A stretch of DNA of 63,475 bases, counting the filler, from Octopus bimaculoides (taxonomy: Eukaryota): NCBI RefSeq assembly GCF_001194135.2. It is 5 parts of 5 records of this genome, joined end to end, with 100 filler letters (N's around TTAATTAATTAA, not from the genome) between each part and the next. Parts side by side here need not be neighbours in the genome. Positions count along the whole stretch, not along the records: positions 1 to 13,953 come from NC_068981.1; 4 more parts are not named here. The stretch is one strand, 5' to 3'. Position numbers and translations under genes: made by a program. Below the pieces are notes generated by a model, which saw only the letters and a list, made by a program, of their open reading frames with translations, had not been told where the DNA came from and made no database searches. Below, piece after piece: positions 1-14,009 of the stretch (within the stretch, counting starts at the first letter, position 1; every line of letters starts with the position of its first letter).

Positions 1-96
1 ATATACATATGTACATACATATATATGCACATATATATTTATGTCTGTACATAAATAAATACACACACATACAGACATACATACACTCATACATAC

Positions 97-470
97 CTTC
101 AAAACACTGCCTAAATCCCAATCTTGTGAAATTACGCTTCTCAAAACTAGAAAGAAGAAAGCTAATTCGAAGACTACAGATTCAATCCATCACTGGAACT
201 CTAAAAATCTGTAAAACTTTCCGGAAGTTTATCATTTAAAATATGTATGGGCATGTCTAGATATGCAACTATATGCATGAGAATACATACATAAAACATA
301 CAAATCTGCACATGTATGCATACATACATACATACATATATACAAGCAAAAATACCCTGTTGTTGATACTGAAATTCCAATGAAAGAGACTTGTGTCGAG
401 GTTAGAAATCGTTTATCTCTCTAGTGGCAAGAAATCTTGAAATAAACTGAATAATGAGATATATTCATAC
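97..470 (+). mobile_element. 3' fragment of RLE-type non-LTR retrotransposon plus 3' UTR, embedded in (CATA)n
   Basis: ORF 9-239 ends LRFSKLERRKLIRRLQIQSITGTLKICKTFRKFII*, resembling RLE-clade C-termini; related copy at 42465-42790; (TACA)n on both sides. Confidence 0.65.
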
Positions 471-471
471 A

Positions 472-561
472 TACATACATGCATTCATACATACATACAT
501 ACATACATACATACATACACACACACACATGCATACATACATACATACATACATACATACA

Positions 562-595
<34 letters not shown>

Positions 596-600
596 CATAC
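472..600. repeat. (TACA)n microsatellite, representative of dozens of TA/CA/TACA/TAGA tracts in the window
   Basis: Directly visible. Other examples: (TAGA)n 7950-8012; (TCTA)n 29010-29065, 52745-52795, 58830-59000, 59585-59665; GT/CA tracts 47150-48080. Confidence 0.98.
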
Positions 601-1499
601 ATAGTACATATATACATATGGTTTGTAACGCTTGGCTCTTCCGTCACTCTTTAACTTCTGCCAATTATTAATATAAAACCTATATACACATGTGTTGAGT
701 TCTCTTTTCCTGTATGCATCACCAAATATACCAACCTACCTACTTCTCTGGATACATACACAAATACATGCATACATTTATACATGCATGCATACGTACA
801 TGCATACACATACATACGTTTGTACATTCGTACATACACATGCAAGCTTACATAGACATATATGTACATATACTGACACATTCGATCACACAATAGCATT
901 TATATTCTTACTCAACCATATCCCAGAGATGCTTAATGTGTGAAGAAACGTATGCATAAGATATATATATATATAAATACACACATACACGCGCGCATAT
1001 ATATGATTGTGTGTGTGTGTGTGTGTATATTTGTGTGTGCGTGTGTATTAGTGTGTTCGTGTATGAACATATGTGAGTATATATGTGACAACACTGTTTG
1101 TATGCGGTGCATGTATTCGTATGTGTGTACATATGTGTGAACGCGTGAGTATTCATACCCGTATTCCATACGAAATGAGAATGGATGAAATATTTTCGTT
1201 AATGACTCTTTTAATGGAAGCCAAAAAGCAATACAGTTCTCCCTCTGATTTTACTTCACAGAACATTCACCATGTTTTATAATACTCCGAGATATTCCAC
1301 GGAATACATTCATTCTGCGCCTTCTATAAGAGTCAATATGGTAGCTTTCAACGAGCACGCATACGGAATTTTGATCCGTTTACTCTGCTCACTGCAGTGC
1401 GTGTCTACATGTGTATTTGTGAACCTGTGGATATGGTCTATCTTTTACTTGCTTGCTTCTGTTTTTCAACTGCTGGGGCGCAGCCTTGAATAACTTTTC

Positions 1500-1710
1500 T
1501 GTCTAATGGATGGCCACCGTTACTTATTTACACAGACACAATACACACATACGTGTGTGTGTCTGTACACACACACACACACACAAATATATATATAGTG
1601 AAAATTTACAAAAAAACACAAGACGAACACGGGTGTATGAACAACAAACAGATGTATTAGTTTAACGCTCGGAAAGTGAGAAAGTCTTTTACGTTTCGAG
1701 GCCATAGTTT
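1500..1710 (-). mobile_element. Truncated copy of Penelope-like terminal repeat family (hammerhead-like 3' half)
   Basis: Clearly similar to 44590-44760 and 63160-63275; minus strand reads ctcGAAACGTAaaagactttctcactttccgagcg. Confidence 0.6.
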
Positions 1711-2379
1711 TAGAACATGCAAAATAAATTAGAACTAGGCAAAAATGAACTCGCCCCAGAAGGAATTATGAAAGTGGCAGATAGCGTATTTCGTCGTGTT
1801 TGCGTTTCATCAATGTTACACTCTCGCATTACTTTTGAAAAGGAAGTGAACTCTCTAGTCCGAAGTACATACTGACAGCGTATGTATTTTTACTTGATTT
1901 ACTATAGCGTCTGAAAAAGTAGACTAAGTTGGAATTATGCAATAGAAGCAGTTATGTATACATTATCAGTGCATCATATTTAACGCACGTATGTCACGGA
2001 TTACTGACAGGAATTTTTACTACTTTTATTATGAGAAAGAGTAAAAGAAACTGACACACCATCTGCGAATCCAGTATGTTTGGTGAACATTTCGTAGAAT
2101 CTTTATCTGCGATTTTCGAAATGAATATATATATACACAGGTGGTTGTGTGTAGATACAAATATGCACATATGTAAAAAGCAAAAGCTAAAGATACACAC
2201 ACAACCACTAAAGAGGCAAGTTTATTCAGAATATAAAGTCACACGCATGCATCTACACACTCATTCAAGCACATACTCACAAACTGTAGTAACTCTCTTT
2301 ACTTAACAAGTCCGGTCGCTATGTTATCGACCAGTTTCATCTCCATTAAGAACTTAAATAAATGCTTCATACACACATA

Positions 2380-2410
<31 letters not shown>

Positions 2411-4799
2411 GACTGTGTTTCTGTGCGCGCGTGCTCGGTGTGTGTGTGCGAGTGTACATATTTGAAGCCACTGGTGAATAACGATAGAGTTTGAATTGCA
2501 CGTCGAAATATTACATTATAGTTCAACACACACACATATATGTATGTATATATATGCATATATGTGTGTATATATATATGTGCATATATATATGTATATA
2601 TTAGTATATGTGTATATACGTATATATATATACATATGTATGTATCTATGCATATAAGTATATATGTATGCATGTCTATATCTATATATATATATATATA
2701 TATATATATGCATATATGTTGCATTTATAATATGATTTATAATTTCTTTTAGTTTGTAAGTGTAGACAGATTTTTATTTAAGTTCTGTGTTTCTTTCCAT
2801 TACTGTCATATCACTTCACTTGTACGGGCTCCTTTTCAACTGCTAAGTCTCCAAGTAAACACACTCGACTTATAATAACGTTTATTTCTGCTTGTATTAT
2901 TTTTTTAACGCATTTCCTGTTCATTGCTATGTCCCTCAATTCGAAAATATTACTTCAACTATATTCATTTTAATTCTAAAAGAAAATGTATTTCTTAATC
3001 CTGACATAATATAATTTTTAGAAATAATTTGCTTTAGTTCGCCAAATTTTGTCGCATAAAATAAAATCTGTAAATACCGATTTATCTTTATTTTATCCAA
3101 GCCCAAAAGCGCTCAAACGTAATATGTTATAGCGTTTATTTTCAACTGATTGCCCTCGAAAGAATTTACGTGTCGAATTCAAGTTATCTGTTATCCATTT
3201 AATAATTTATTGAATATGTTCGGAGTTAGCGATATGTATTGTTGTTTTGTTTTTTCAATTTCAATTTATACCGTTTATTGTTCAAAACAACGCCGTTGAT
3301 TACAAGCTTCCATCCGGTTCATTGCTTTTCTGACAATGATAGTGACAAGCGAGTGTCTGTACGCTATGCAGAATAAATGCGACTGGGATCTTCGTTCGTC
3401 TTCCTCTGCAGTTTACATTGGCCAATGACACACACATTGAATCTAGTTTGTCTGACATAAACATAAAATTTTCTTATCTGCCTCGCTATATTTTGATCAT
3501 TATACATAGAGTACAGAGTAAAGTGCACCGTGGATGTCAGTATTCATAGAGTTCGGTGACGTTCTAGTTAGGACACAGGATTACATAATATATTTCGATG
3601 GATATTTTTGCATTACGCCATTCAAATATTTGACATTACTGCAAGTATGTTATGTCTCAAGCTACTGCTATCTAGCACCTTCGGATGATCTCTACTCAAC
3701 CGCTACACAACTGCTACTCGACTGCTACTCAACGCTCTACCACGGCCAGACTACCTCTATTTATATGTCTTGGGAGACCTACTTCTTCGCCAGGGGTCGT
3801 CGACACAACAAAGTAGCTTAAAAACATAGATTTATAAAATATATAGATACATGTATAGCTGTGCAGTTACAAAGAACGCTTTACAACCACGTGGGTCTGA
3901 TATGAATCTCGTTGCGCAGGACCTTGGGCAAGCGTCTTTTACAATAGTCACAAGACCAAAATTTCACCACAACCTATATCGTGTGAGCGAATTTGTTAGA
4001 TGGCAACTGCATGGAAATCTATCATGTAAATGTGTTTGTATGTGTGCGTGAATGTGTCTGTAGGTGCATGTGTGTCCATATGTGTTTGTGTCTTGGTGTT
4101 TGTCTCCACGTAACTTAGCAGTTCAGCAAACGAAACACATAAAATAAATATCGGGCTTAAAATTAAGATAAGGGGTGTCGACTCGTTCAGCTAAAATTCT
4201 TCAAGGTGGTGCCCCAACATGGCCGTATTTTAATGACTAAAACAAATAAAAAATAACAGATAGTAGTATAGGTGTTCTAATTGAGACGTGAGACTTACGT
4301 GTCTTTAAAGTGCGTTTGGTGCTATGAAATATTACTAATTTAATCTCAGTGCATTCGAAATCACTTCCGTGACCACCACCACTTTTTCAATTGAGGTCAG
4401 GAATGCTGATGGATTGCACAATTGATTACATCCGTTACTGCATTTGGAAGGCTTATTTTATTGGTCATGGATAATTAGAAGAAAAGTAAAATATTTTCAG
4501 ACATCCCATATTCATTTTCATTAAATTCATCATTATAATGTAAATTAAATCATTAAACGTAGCGTTAATTAAACACAGATAAAAACAACTTCGACAAATT
4601 AGCGATGTATATACTTAGGTACACCTTTAAAGGAAAATGTACTACAGCATTCTTTCGGAGATACCATCCCGAATGGATGTGTTGTGTATAAAATCCTCCT
4701 AGCAGCGGCTATTGAGAACGCTAACTGCATTTCTCACTTGTTGCATTCTTTCAAAAGCGTGTACTCACAACCAGGCGCATGCCTACATGAAGTTTGTAT

Positions 4800-5114
4800 C
4801 ACCAGTACGACGATGATGTTTCCAGTTGATCCGATCAACCGAGCAGCCTGCTCATGAAATTAAAATGCAAGGGGAAGAGCACTCCACAAACACCCGTACC
4901 CATAACGTATTTTTCAGGTAGTTTCAACAAAAAACACAGTGTGACAAGGTTGGCCCTTTAATTTACTAGCACAATTCCTTTTGGCCAACCGCATGAACAG
5001 GAGGAACGTGAAATAAAATGTCTTGATCAGGAGCACAAGTCACAGTACGGATTCGAACTCACGACCTTGCACCCGCGGGCCGAATACCCTAACCACTAAG
5101 TTACGTGCTTTCAC
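4800..5114 (-). mobile_element. tRNA-derived SINE
   Basis: Minus-strand head has A-box-like TAGTGG and B-box GTTCGAATCC; body tccagttgatccgatcaac...gacaagg shared with 8465-8640 and 36215-36385. Confidence 0.8.
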
Positions 5115-6260
5115 TATCACCAATATACAGTGTTCTTTATTCACATTTTTTTCACAAATATATATGTATAAAGTGTATAATCAATCACTGTTTTTGCGAG
5201 TTGTCACCCGGCTAAACAAAAACTTGTTGCATGAAACAGAAGTAGTAGCAGATTAAAAAAGGCAATTATGTCTCATAATTTAAGTAAATACATCGTGAAA
5301 GGCAAATTTACTGCAGTATTCGTCACGATATAATATCTCTTATGGACGTGCTGTATTTAAAAATACGTCCGAAAGATATATTATCTCCGGATTAATAACA
5401 CAGTATGTTTGCCATTCTCGATATATTTACATTAATTATAAGTACATGTCTATTTTAATGTTTCTTCCGATAAATTATGGTTTATAAAACTGCTTATTAG
5501 AACTGAAACATGGTTACATTTCATATATACAAATTCGATCCATTCAGTTGAACAATGAGGAGACTTTTCTGTTACTGTAGCATTATAGTAAAACAAAAAT
5601 TTCTTAACTTATCAAAAATTCAAATGCACGATTTTAATATTAATTTCACATATTCTCAAGAACATTTGAGCTTACTCTCTTCATCACCACCTTCCATATA
5701 TAAAGAATTTCATCTAAATTTATTAAATCAAACATAGTTCTGTTAGTTAAGTATAAATTCAGTTAGAAGTCGGAGAATGATTAAATGCGCAAGTTTAATA
5801 TTTCAGAAATAGCGGCAAATAACTTCATATTTCCAATTCAATTTTGCTGCTTTCCACTCTATACTGATTTCATGTGAGATAAGGTCTGTGCCTTTTGTTG
5901 TACCGGATTAATGACAATATTGTGAAATATTCATAAGGGAATATTGTCTGGACAACACTTTTGTTTGCATGGTATTTGTATGGCTGTAACGTAACTAAAA
6001 TATTTATAAGAAAAGCTTATCAGATTTTCTTAGGGAATTAATGCTAATTTAATTTATAACATGTAGATTAAGTTACATTACGTGATTATCTATTTTACTA
6101 TATATAACGTTAGAAAGCTCTGGAACTATTTTCGAACATGCATAGTGTAAGTTAATCATATGTGAGTGTGAAGCTGTATTTATGTATATATACGCATTTA
6201 TTTGTAAGTACATAGACGTACACGACACAAGTATATATATATATATACGTACTTACATAA

Positions 6261-6322
<62 letters not shown>

Positions 6323-7732
6323 ATATCTATCTATGTACATGTGTATTTTGGTATATGCATTTATATATGTATAATATATGTATAATCATTAGTGTATCCT
6401 CAATGAAATGTTGAAATGTCGCAAGTGCCCCACACAAAAAAGGTGCGGAGATTGAAACGAAAGTAAAAACTAAATATGCTGAAACGTCAGCGATTTCTAC
6501 CCAATGAATATTCTGAATAGTTTTATGCTAATACATTATAACATATGCTACACCAAATGCGAATGAATACGTTTACTATATATATATATATTTAAGATAG
6601 TGCAAATGGTGGAACCTGTTTCACTCCTTTCTCCTGCCAGCCAGCACATTTGTATTAAAATGTGTAAAAGTTTGGTTGGGCTTACAAGTCATATAAGAGC
6701 ATAACATGGCATCAATAATGAATCATTTATAGTAATGTATGTATGTATATGTATATATATATATATATNNNNNNNNNNNNNNNNNNNNNNNNNNNNNNNN
6801 NNNNNNNNNNNNNNNNNNNNNNNNNNNNNNNNNNNNNNNNNNNNNNNNNNNNNNNNNNNNNNNNNNNNNNNNNNNNNNNNNNNNNNNNNNNNNNNNNNNN
6901 NNNNNNNNNNNNNNNNNNNNNNNNNNNNNNNNNNNNNNNNNNNNNNNNNNNNNNNNNNNNNNNNNNNNNNNNNNNNNNNNNNNNNNNNNNNNNNNNNNNN
7001 NNNNNNNNNNNNNNNNNNNNNNNNNNNNNNNNNNNNNNNNNNNNNNNNNNNNNNNNNNNNNNNNNNNNNNNNNNNNNNNNNNNNNNNNNNNNNNNNNNNN
7101 NNNNNNNNNNNNNNNNNNNNNNNNNNNNNNNNNNNNNNNNNNNNNNNNNNNNNNNNNNNNNNNNNNNNNNNNNNNNNNNNNNNNNNNNNNNNNNNNNNNN
7201 NNNNNNNNNNNNNNNNNNNNNNNNNNNNNNNNNNNNNNNNNNNNNNNNNNNNNNNNNNNNNNNNNNNNNNNNNNNNNNNNNNNNNNNNNNNNNNNNNNNN
7301 NNNNNNNNNNNNNNNNNNNNNNNNNNNNNNNNNNNNNNNNNNNNNNNNNNNNNNNNNNNNNNNNNNNNNNNNNNNNNNNNNNNNNNNNNNNNNNNNNNNN
7401 NNNNNNNNNNNNNNNNNNNNNNNNNNNNNNNNNNNNNNNNNNNNNNNNNNNNNNNNNNNNNNNNNNNNNNNNNNNNNNNNNNNNNNNNNNNNNNNNNNNN
7501 NNNNNNNNNNNNNNNNNNNNNNNNNNNNNNNNNNNNNNNNNNNNNNNNNNNNNNNNNNNNNNNNNNNNNNNNNNNNNNNNNNNNNNNNNNNNNNNNNNNN
7601 NNNNNNNNNNNNNNNNNNNNNNNNNNNNNNNNNNNNNNNNNNNNNNNNNNNNNNNNNNNNNNNNNNNNNNNNNNNNNNNNNNNNNNNNNNNNNNNNNNNN
7701 NNNNNNNNNNNNNNNNNNNNNNNNNNNNNNNN

Positions 7733-7878
7733 TAGGAAGGGCATCCAGCTGTAGAAACTCTGCCAAATCAGACTGGAGCCTGGTGTTGCCATCCGGTTTC
7801 ACCACTCCTCAGTCAAATCGTCCAACCCATGCTAGCATGGAAAGCGGACGTTAAACGATGATGATGATGATGATGATA
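7733..7878 (+). mobile_element. SINE 3' tail with (GAT)n end
   Basis: gggcatccagctgtagaaa...cccatgctagcatggaaagcggacgttaaacgatgatg; related copies at 32950-33180 and 42965-43195. Confidence 0.75.
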
Positions 7879-7942
7879 ATATGAATATATGTATACACAC
7901 ACATACATATATATATATGTGTGTGTATGTGTGTGTGAAAAC

Positions 7943-8014
<72 letters not shown>

Positions 8015-8418
8015 GAACTAGGGAAAGGGAGAGAGAGAGGCAGAGATAGTTTTATGGATGGATTGGTCTAAGTAACTGAAAATATAACGGAGACACATTA
8101 AGATTTAAATTCGATTGTTAGACATCCGTGTAAGCTCCAACCTAATATCAATTCCAATGATAATATACTTTTCCGCCATTGTCATCATTTTTTCTTCGAT
8201 AAGATTCTAACTGTCTTTTCCATAATATCTTGGTTCTTTTAAACTGTCAACGTGTATTTTGAAAGGGATCTAGCCACACTTTAGGAAGTTTTGGCAAAAG
8301 CATACACCCTCTCTAATGCTTCACTATTCATAGATTGGAGCTAAGTTGGAATGGTTAAAAAGTCGGTTAAAAATCAGTTGCGGTACATTGCAATTTTAAG
8401 TCCTCGTGAAGTCAAGAA

Positions 8419-8454
<36 letters not shown>

Positions 8455-8464
8455 GTGAATATCA

Positions 8465-8640
8465 GTCGGTTACGATAAGGAGGGTTCCAGCTGATCCGAT
8501 CAACAGAACAGCCTGCCCGTGAAATCAACGTGTAAGTGGCTGAGCATTCCTGAGTCACGTGTTCCCTTAACGTAGTTCTCGGGGAGATTCAGCGTGACAC
8601 AGAGCGTGAAAAGGCTGACCCTTTGAAATACAAATACAAA
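8465..8640 (-). mobile_element. SINE body fragment
   Basis: Near-identical to 36215-36385 (ttaacgtagttctcggggagattcagcgtgacacag). Confidence 0.75.
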
Positions 8641-9689
8641 ATAATCAGAAATAAGCGTGAGAGAAAGAGGTGGTGAAAAAAGTAAATGCGAGTCATTGAT
8701 TAAGAACTACAAGAAGAGATTGGTTGAAGTGGAACTCAATAATGGTTATGCTACGAAGTATTAAATCAGAATTATCAGTTATTTATGTTCTGTACGAATA
8801 CTTTTTTCACCCCTAAATATTTATATTTGTATATAAATTCATTAGTTACTATAACTTATTAATTTCTTTTGCATATTCTTAGTTTATGTATGTGTATGCA
8901 AATATAGTATTGGTATATCCCATTTATGTTCATTAGAAATTAAATAGATAAAGAATTTTTATATGTACGAATANNNNNNNNNNNNNNNNNNNNNNNNNNN
9001 NNNNNNNNNNNNNNNNNNNNNNNNNNNNNNNNNNNNNNNNNNNNNNNNNNNNNNNNNNNNNNNNNNNNNNNNNNNNNNNNNNNNNNNNNNNNNNNNNNNN
9101 NNNNNNNNNNNNNNNNNNNNNNNNNNNNNNNNNNNNNNNNNNNNNNNNNNNNNNNNNNNNNNNNNNNNNNNNNNNNNNNNNNNNNNNNNNNNNNNNNNNN
9201 NNNNNNNNNNNNNNNNNNNNNNNNNNNNNNNNNNNNNNNNNNNNNNNNNNNNNNNNNNNNNNNNNNNNNNNNNNNNNNNNNNNNNNNNNNNNNNNNNNNN
9301 NNNNNNNNNNNNNNNNNNNNNNNNNNNNNNNNNNNNNNNNNNNNNNNNNNNNNNNNNNNNNNNNNNNNNNNNNNNNNNNNNNNNNNNNNNNNNNNNNNNN
9401 NNNNNNNNNNNNNNNNNNNNNNNNNNNNNNNNNNNNNNNNNNNNNNNNNNNNNNNNNNNNNNNNNNNNNNNNNNNNNNNNNNNNNNNNNNNNNNNNNNNN
9501 NNNNNNNNNNNNNNNNNNNNNNNNNNNNNNNNNNNNNNNNNNNNNNNNNNNNNNNNNNNNNNNNNNNNNNNNNNNNNNNNNNNNNNNNNNNNNNNNNNNN
9601 NNNNNNNNNNNNNNNNNNNNNNNNNNNNNNNNNNNNNNNNNNNNNNNNNNNNNNNNNNNNNNNNNNNNNNNNNNNNNNNNNNNNNNNNN

Positions 9690-9745
<56 letters not shown>

Positions 9746-10591
9746 GTCTACATATACTCATGTATATATCTATGGATATACATGCATATACATATATATG
9801 TACATGTGTATCTATATATATATGTGTGTGTGTCTGTGTCTATGTATGTGTTTTTACGTATGCATGTATGTATGGCAAGAAAAAGACAATGGCTGCTTAA
9901 ATTGCATGCATCGGGTTTACTATCCATTTACCATTTGTATCTCTCATTTAACATAAGTACGAAATTGAGCGCCCTACATTTACAGTTCGAAACTGTTATT
10001 TAAGTAAGCAAATAGAAATACGTTTTAAAATTCAATATCTATCTGCAAATGATTGAACCATTAGTATTTTCTACAATAACAAAACAACTTTACGAAATAG
10101 ATATACATATTGATTTCGCTATATCGATCTAGGAAATTAATAGCATTTTTTATAAATCTATTTTACCACATCTATATACAACAGCAACAACAAGAACAAT
10201 AACAACAACAACAAAAGCAACAACAGTGATAATGAGGATGACGAGGACGTCGACGTTGATGAAAACGATGATGATGATGATGATGATGACGACAACGACG
10301 ATGAAACGGGAAAATATCTATTTCTATTGAAATTCCAACTAAAGATAGTTTGTCAGATTTTATTTGTTATCTATAAAACAATGAAATATTCGTAAATTAA
10401 TTAGTCCGTAGCCATGAAAACGAAATCAAATATCTCCAATATCAATTTGCTTTAAAAATTAAATCTCACAACATTTATGACACCGAAATCTATCGTATAA
10501 TGAGAGTTAAGATAAAAAAAAAATATTTTTATTNNNNNNNNNNNNNNNNNNNNNNNNNNNNNNNNNNNNNNNNNNNNNNNNNNNNNNNNNN

Positions 10592-10659
<68 letters not shown>

Positions 10660-10660
10660 A

Positions 10661-10702
<42 letters not shown>
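10592..10702. repeat. Compound (TAC)n-(TAA)n microsatellite
   Basis: Directly visible. Confidence 0.97.
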
Positions 10703-10703
<1 letters not shown>

Positions 10704-10705
10704 TG

Positions 10706-11104
10706 GGCGTAGGAGTGGCTGTGTGGTAAGTATCTTGCTTACCAAACACATGATACGTGTTCAGTCCCACTGCGTAGCACCTTGGGCAAGTGTCTTCTAC
10801 TATAGCCTCGGGCCGACCAAAGCCTTATGAGTGGATTTGGTAGACAGAAACTGAAAGAAGCCCGTCGTGTATATGTATATATGTGTGTGTATGTGTATGT
10901 ATGTTTGTGTGTCTGTGTTTGTCCCCCCAGCATTGCTTGACAACCGATACTGGTGTGTTTATGTCCTCGTCAATTAGCAGTTCGGCAAAAGAGACCGATA
11001 GAATAAGTACTAGGCTTATAAAAAATAAGTCCTGGGGTCGATTTGCTCGACTAAAGGTGGTGCTCCAGCATGGCTGCAGTCAAATGACTGAAACAAGTAA
11101 AAGA
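10706..11104 (+). mobile_element. Full-length tRNA-derived SINE (family A) with internal microsatellite
   Basis: Head ggcgtaggagtggctgtgtggtaag...gttcagtcccactgcg; highly similar to 48189-48574. Confidence 0.9.
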
Positions 11105-11199
11105 GTAGGAGTAAATAGTATAATACTGATGATGATGATTGTAATAATATTAACGATAATAATAATAATCATAACGATAATCGTAATATATATCTACAG

Positions 11200-11580
11200 A
11201 CCGGCAAATAAATAATAACAGGCCAGACATCGTCATCAACGATCCTGAGACAAAATACGTGCCTGTAATTGATATGACGGTGCCTACTGAAGAATTTGAA
11301 AAATTATCGAAATACAAGGACCTTGAGATTGTGATATCTAGGATGTGGTAATTAAAAGCAAACGCCAGCCCTGTTGATGTGGGTGTCCTAAAGGATGATC
11401 AGGAAAGGTACTGACAAATGTTTTGACCAGATCCCAAGGAAACCAACAAACTACGGGTTCAAAAAAGTTGTGCTGACATATACCATCACCTTCTCAGGAA
11501 ATTTCTCTTTATTTAATATATACGTGCCTTAGGTTTCTGGTCGAGATCCGACCGGAAGCTGAAATTAAACGAAAAGATAA
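11200..11580 (+). mobile_element. R4/Dong-like non-LTR retrotransposon 3' end (restriction-like endonuclease), decayed
   Basis: Translates NRPDIVINDPETKYVPVIDMTVPTEEFEKLSKYKDLEIVISRMW*LKANASPVDVGVL; RPD...D...K..KY is the PD-(D/E)xK RLE motif; stop and frameshift present. Confidence 0.85.
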
Positions 11581-11699
11581 TAATTCCTATTACCATTGTT
11601 GTTGTTGTTGTTGGTGGTGCTGGTGTTAACACTTGTAATAACTACACTTCTGGTAAACTTTATGTTATTGCGTTTACGAGTCCGGCGACAGCAGTACGT

Positions 11700-12620
11700 A
11701 ATAGGCCTCACAATAATTTCCTAATCTGTCAAAGAAAACTTTATCCCCTCCAAACTGTTCATTTTTATTTTGTCTGATAATTGGCCTTTCTGGGAGTTTT
11801 CCTGCTTTTTACCGAGCTATGCATTCTTTAGCTCATTTTCCTCCATAGTCTTTAACTTTGTCACGTGGGTTTTCATTCCTGTTCTCTTTAAAAAGATGTC
11901 TCAATTTGAGACTTTGTGTATTCGCTGTCTTCCTTGAAGGCATGAAAGCACAATTTTTGGTTTTGTTTGATTTTTCGTAGTTTACTGTATTAGTTTTCCA
12001 TTACACTCTACTTGGGAGTTTATTCTATAATGGATGTTAATCTAATGAGCTTCGTAACAACTTAATGCATCTTTGACTTTTCTTAACCTTTTCATTCATT
12101 TGTCTGTTTTTACATTTAAAATGACTATTTCTTGAGTATTTTTAAATATAGAATTTGGACTAATTTCTTCATCTTGTTGAGTAAAATCATATTAGCATTC
12201 TTAAATAATTATCAATGCTTCACCGTTGCTGTGGAGATATAATCTTATTTGTAATCCTTATAATTACCTCTAATACATCTCTCCACTAAATAAGATTGCG
12301 TTTCTATTAGATTATTGATTGTAGTGTACAGTTTGAGATCGGGTTCACCGGGAAAGTTTTTTGTTATTGTTCAATAATACATGCATTCACGTCCAGTCAT
12401 GTTTAACATAACATAAAAGTTACGAAGGGATGGAGGCTTCCTTTGTATAGACCTCTTTTAACAGTGACAAGGTTGTGTTCTGAGGAGCTGTTTGCCATTT
12501 TTGATATATTGCTATTACTGGCACAAACTTTCGCAAGCTTAATGTTTTCTTGATTAACGTGTGTAATGCACTATTAAACTTTAGTTGGTCATTCCCAGTG
12601 TCACTTCGACCTTTTTTCTT
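11700..12620 (-). mobile_element. Highly decayed non-LTR RT relic (possibly R4/Dong-like)
   Basis: Only faint fragments such as VKRGLYKG-SLHPF (resembles RGIFQGDSLSP); many stops. Confidence 0.3.
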
Positions 12621-13921
12621 TCCTCTTATAGTCTCTGGTTACAAGTTTGTTATTCAGCAATTGATATTTAAAACCGTATAAACCATTGCAGTAACCTTTC
12701 TGCTCTTCTACAAACGAAATATATTTTTGTTGTTGTGTCTGTGTGTGTGTATATACGTTGCAATATTATGACAGTTAATGATTTGGAATTTGTAGGAAGG
12801 AAAAGTATTGGTCAAAAACTATTACGGCTTCGTGTTTATCTTTGTTGTATTGAAGATGAAGACGATTTTCGTTGTTGTCTCCAGTTTCTCGAGCGTTTAA
12901 TTAAAAGTCTTTAACTGAAAAAGAAGAATAAAGATAGTTCCGTAAATACACTTTCACTTGAATGATATCGTTAATGTTAGAAGTCGAGATATCATTGATG
13001 CGCTTCTCATTTCAATATTATCCAGGAATGCAGATTTTTATTTATTTATTTATTTATTTCTATTTATGGGTTTCAGCCAAATGGTTGTGGTCATGCTGGA
13101 GCACCACCGTGATTTTCTGTCTTTATGCTTTGCTCTCTTCACGTTCCTTGCATGGCTCTTCTCCTGCACCTTTCCAGATTCCCTCAAATGCCACAGATGT
13201 GTATTTTAAATGAATTCTGTTCTCAAATATTTACATTAGAAGAAAATAAATCAATGGGAAATAAATCCATTGATACCCACCTATGTCTAGATATTCATCT
13301 ATAAAACATATACCATTTTTTCCCCATTTCGTTGATTATTAAATATATAAACAGGTATAAATTTTGTATTTTTGTTTCCTCTTACACAATGTTATTTTCG
13401 CAAGATATATCTTAATCAATACCGTTATCAAAATTAGAGAGAGAAATAAAGAAAGTGAAAATTTTATTCTATAAGAGGAGTATTAGCGTATCTTTGTAAA
13501 CACCTATGCTATTAGCAACGTGTACTTAAGGATGTATGTGGGTGTAACCATTAACATGCACTGAACAAAGACCAAATGAATGGGTTTCCCTGCGGATTTA
13601 ATGGCTGAGGTAACAAAGTGCTAACATGTTATTATGAACAGAGTACTGTACCTGTTGGCGTTATTTAATTAACCTTCTGATCAGGATAAATGTTTATAAC
13701 AAATTCACACGAATAATAAATAGTAATAACGTAGAAACAATAGCAGAAAATGAATAACAACAGAATGCGTTAATGCGATTGTATGAAGCACAGAAGGGAC
13801 CCATATAAACATAGAGGCATTCATACAAACGGAGAAAATTATATATGCGTGTGTATATATATACATATACACACATGCATATTTATACGTATACATATGT
13901 ATATACATATATGCATATATA

Positions 13922-13953
<32 letters not shown>

Positions 13954-13997
13954 NNNNNNNNNNNNNNNNNNNNNNNNNNNNNNNNNNNNNNNNNNNN

Positions 13998-14009
13998 TTA
14001 ATTAATTAA
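13998..14009. other. Assembly gap linker TTAATTAATTAA
   Basis: Centred in a 100-bp gap (44 N each side); stop codons in all six frames. Confidence 0.95.
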
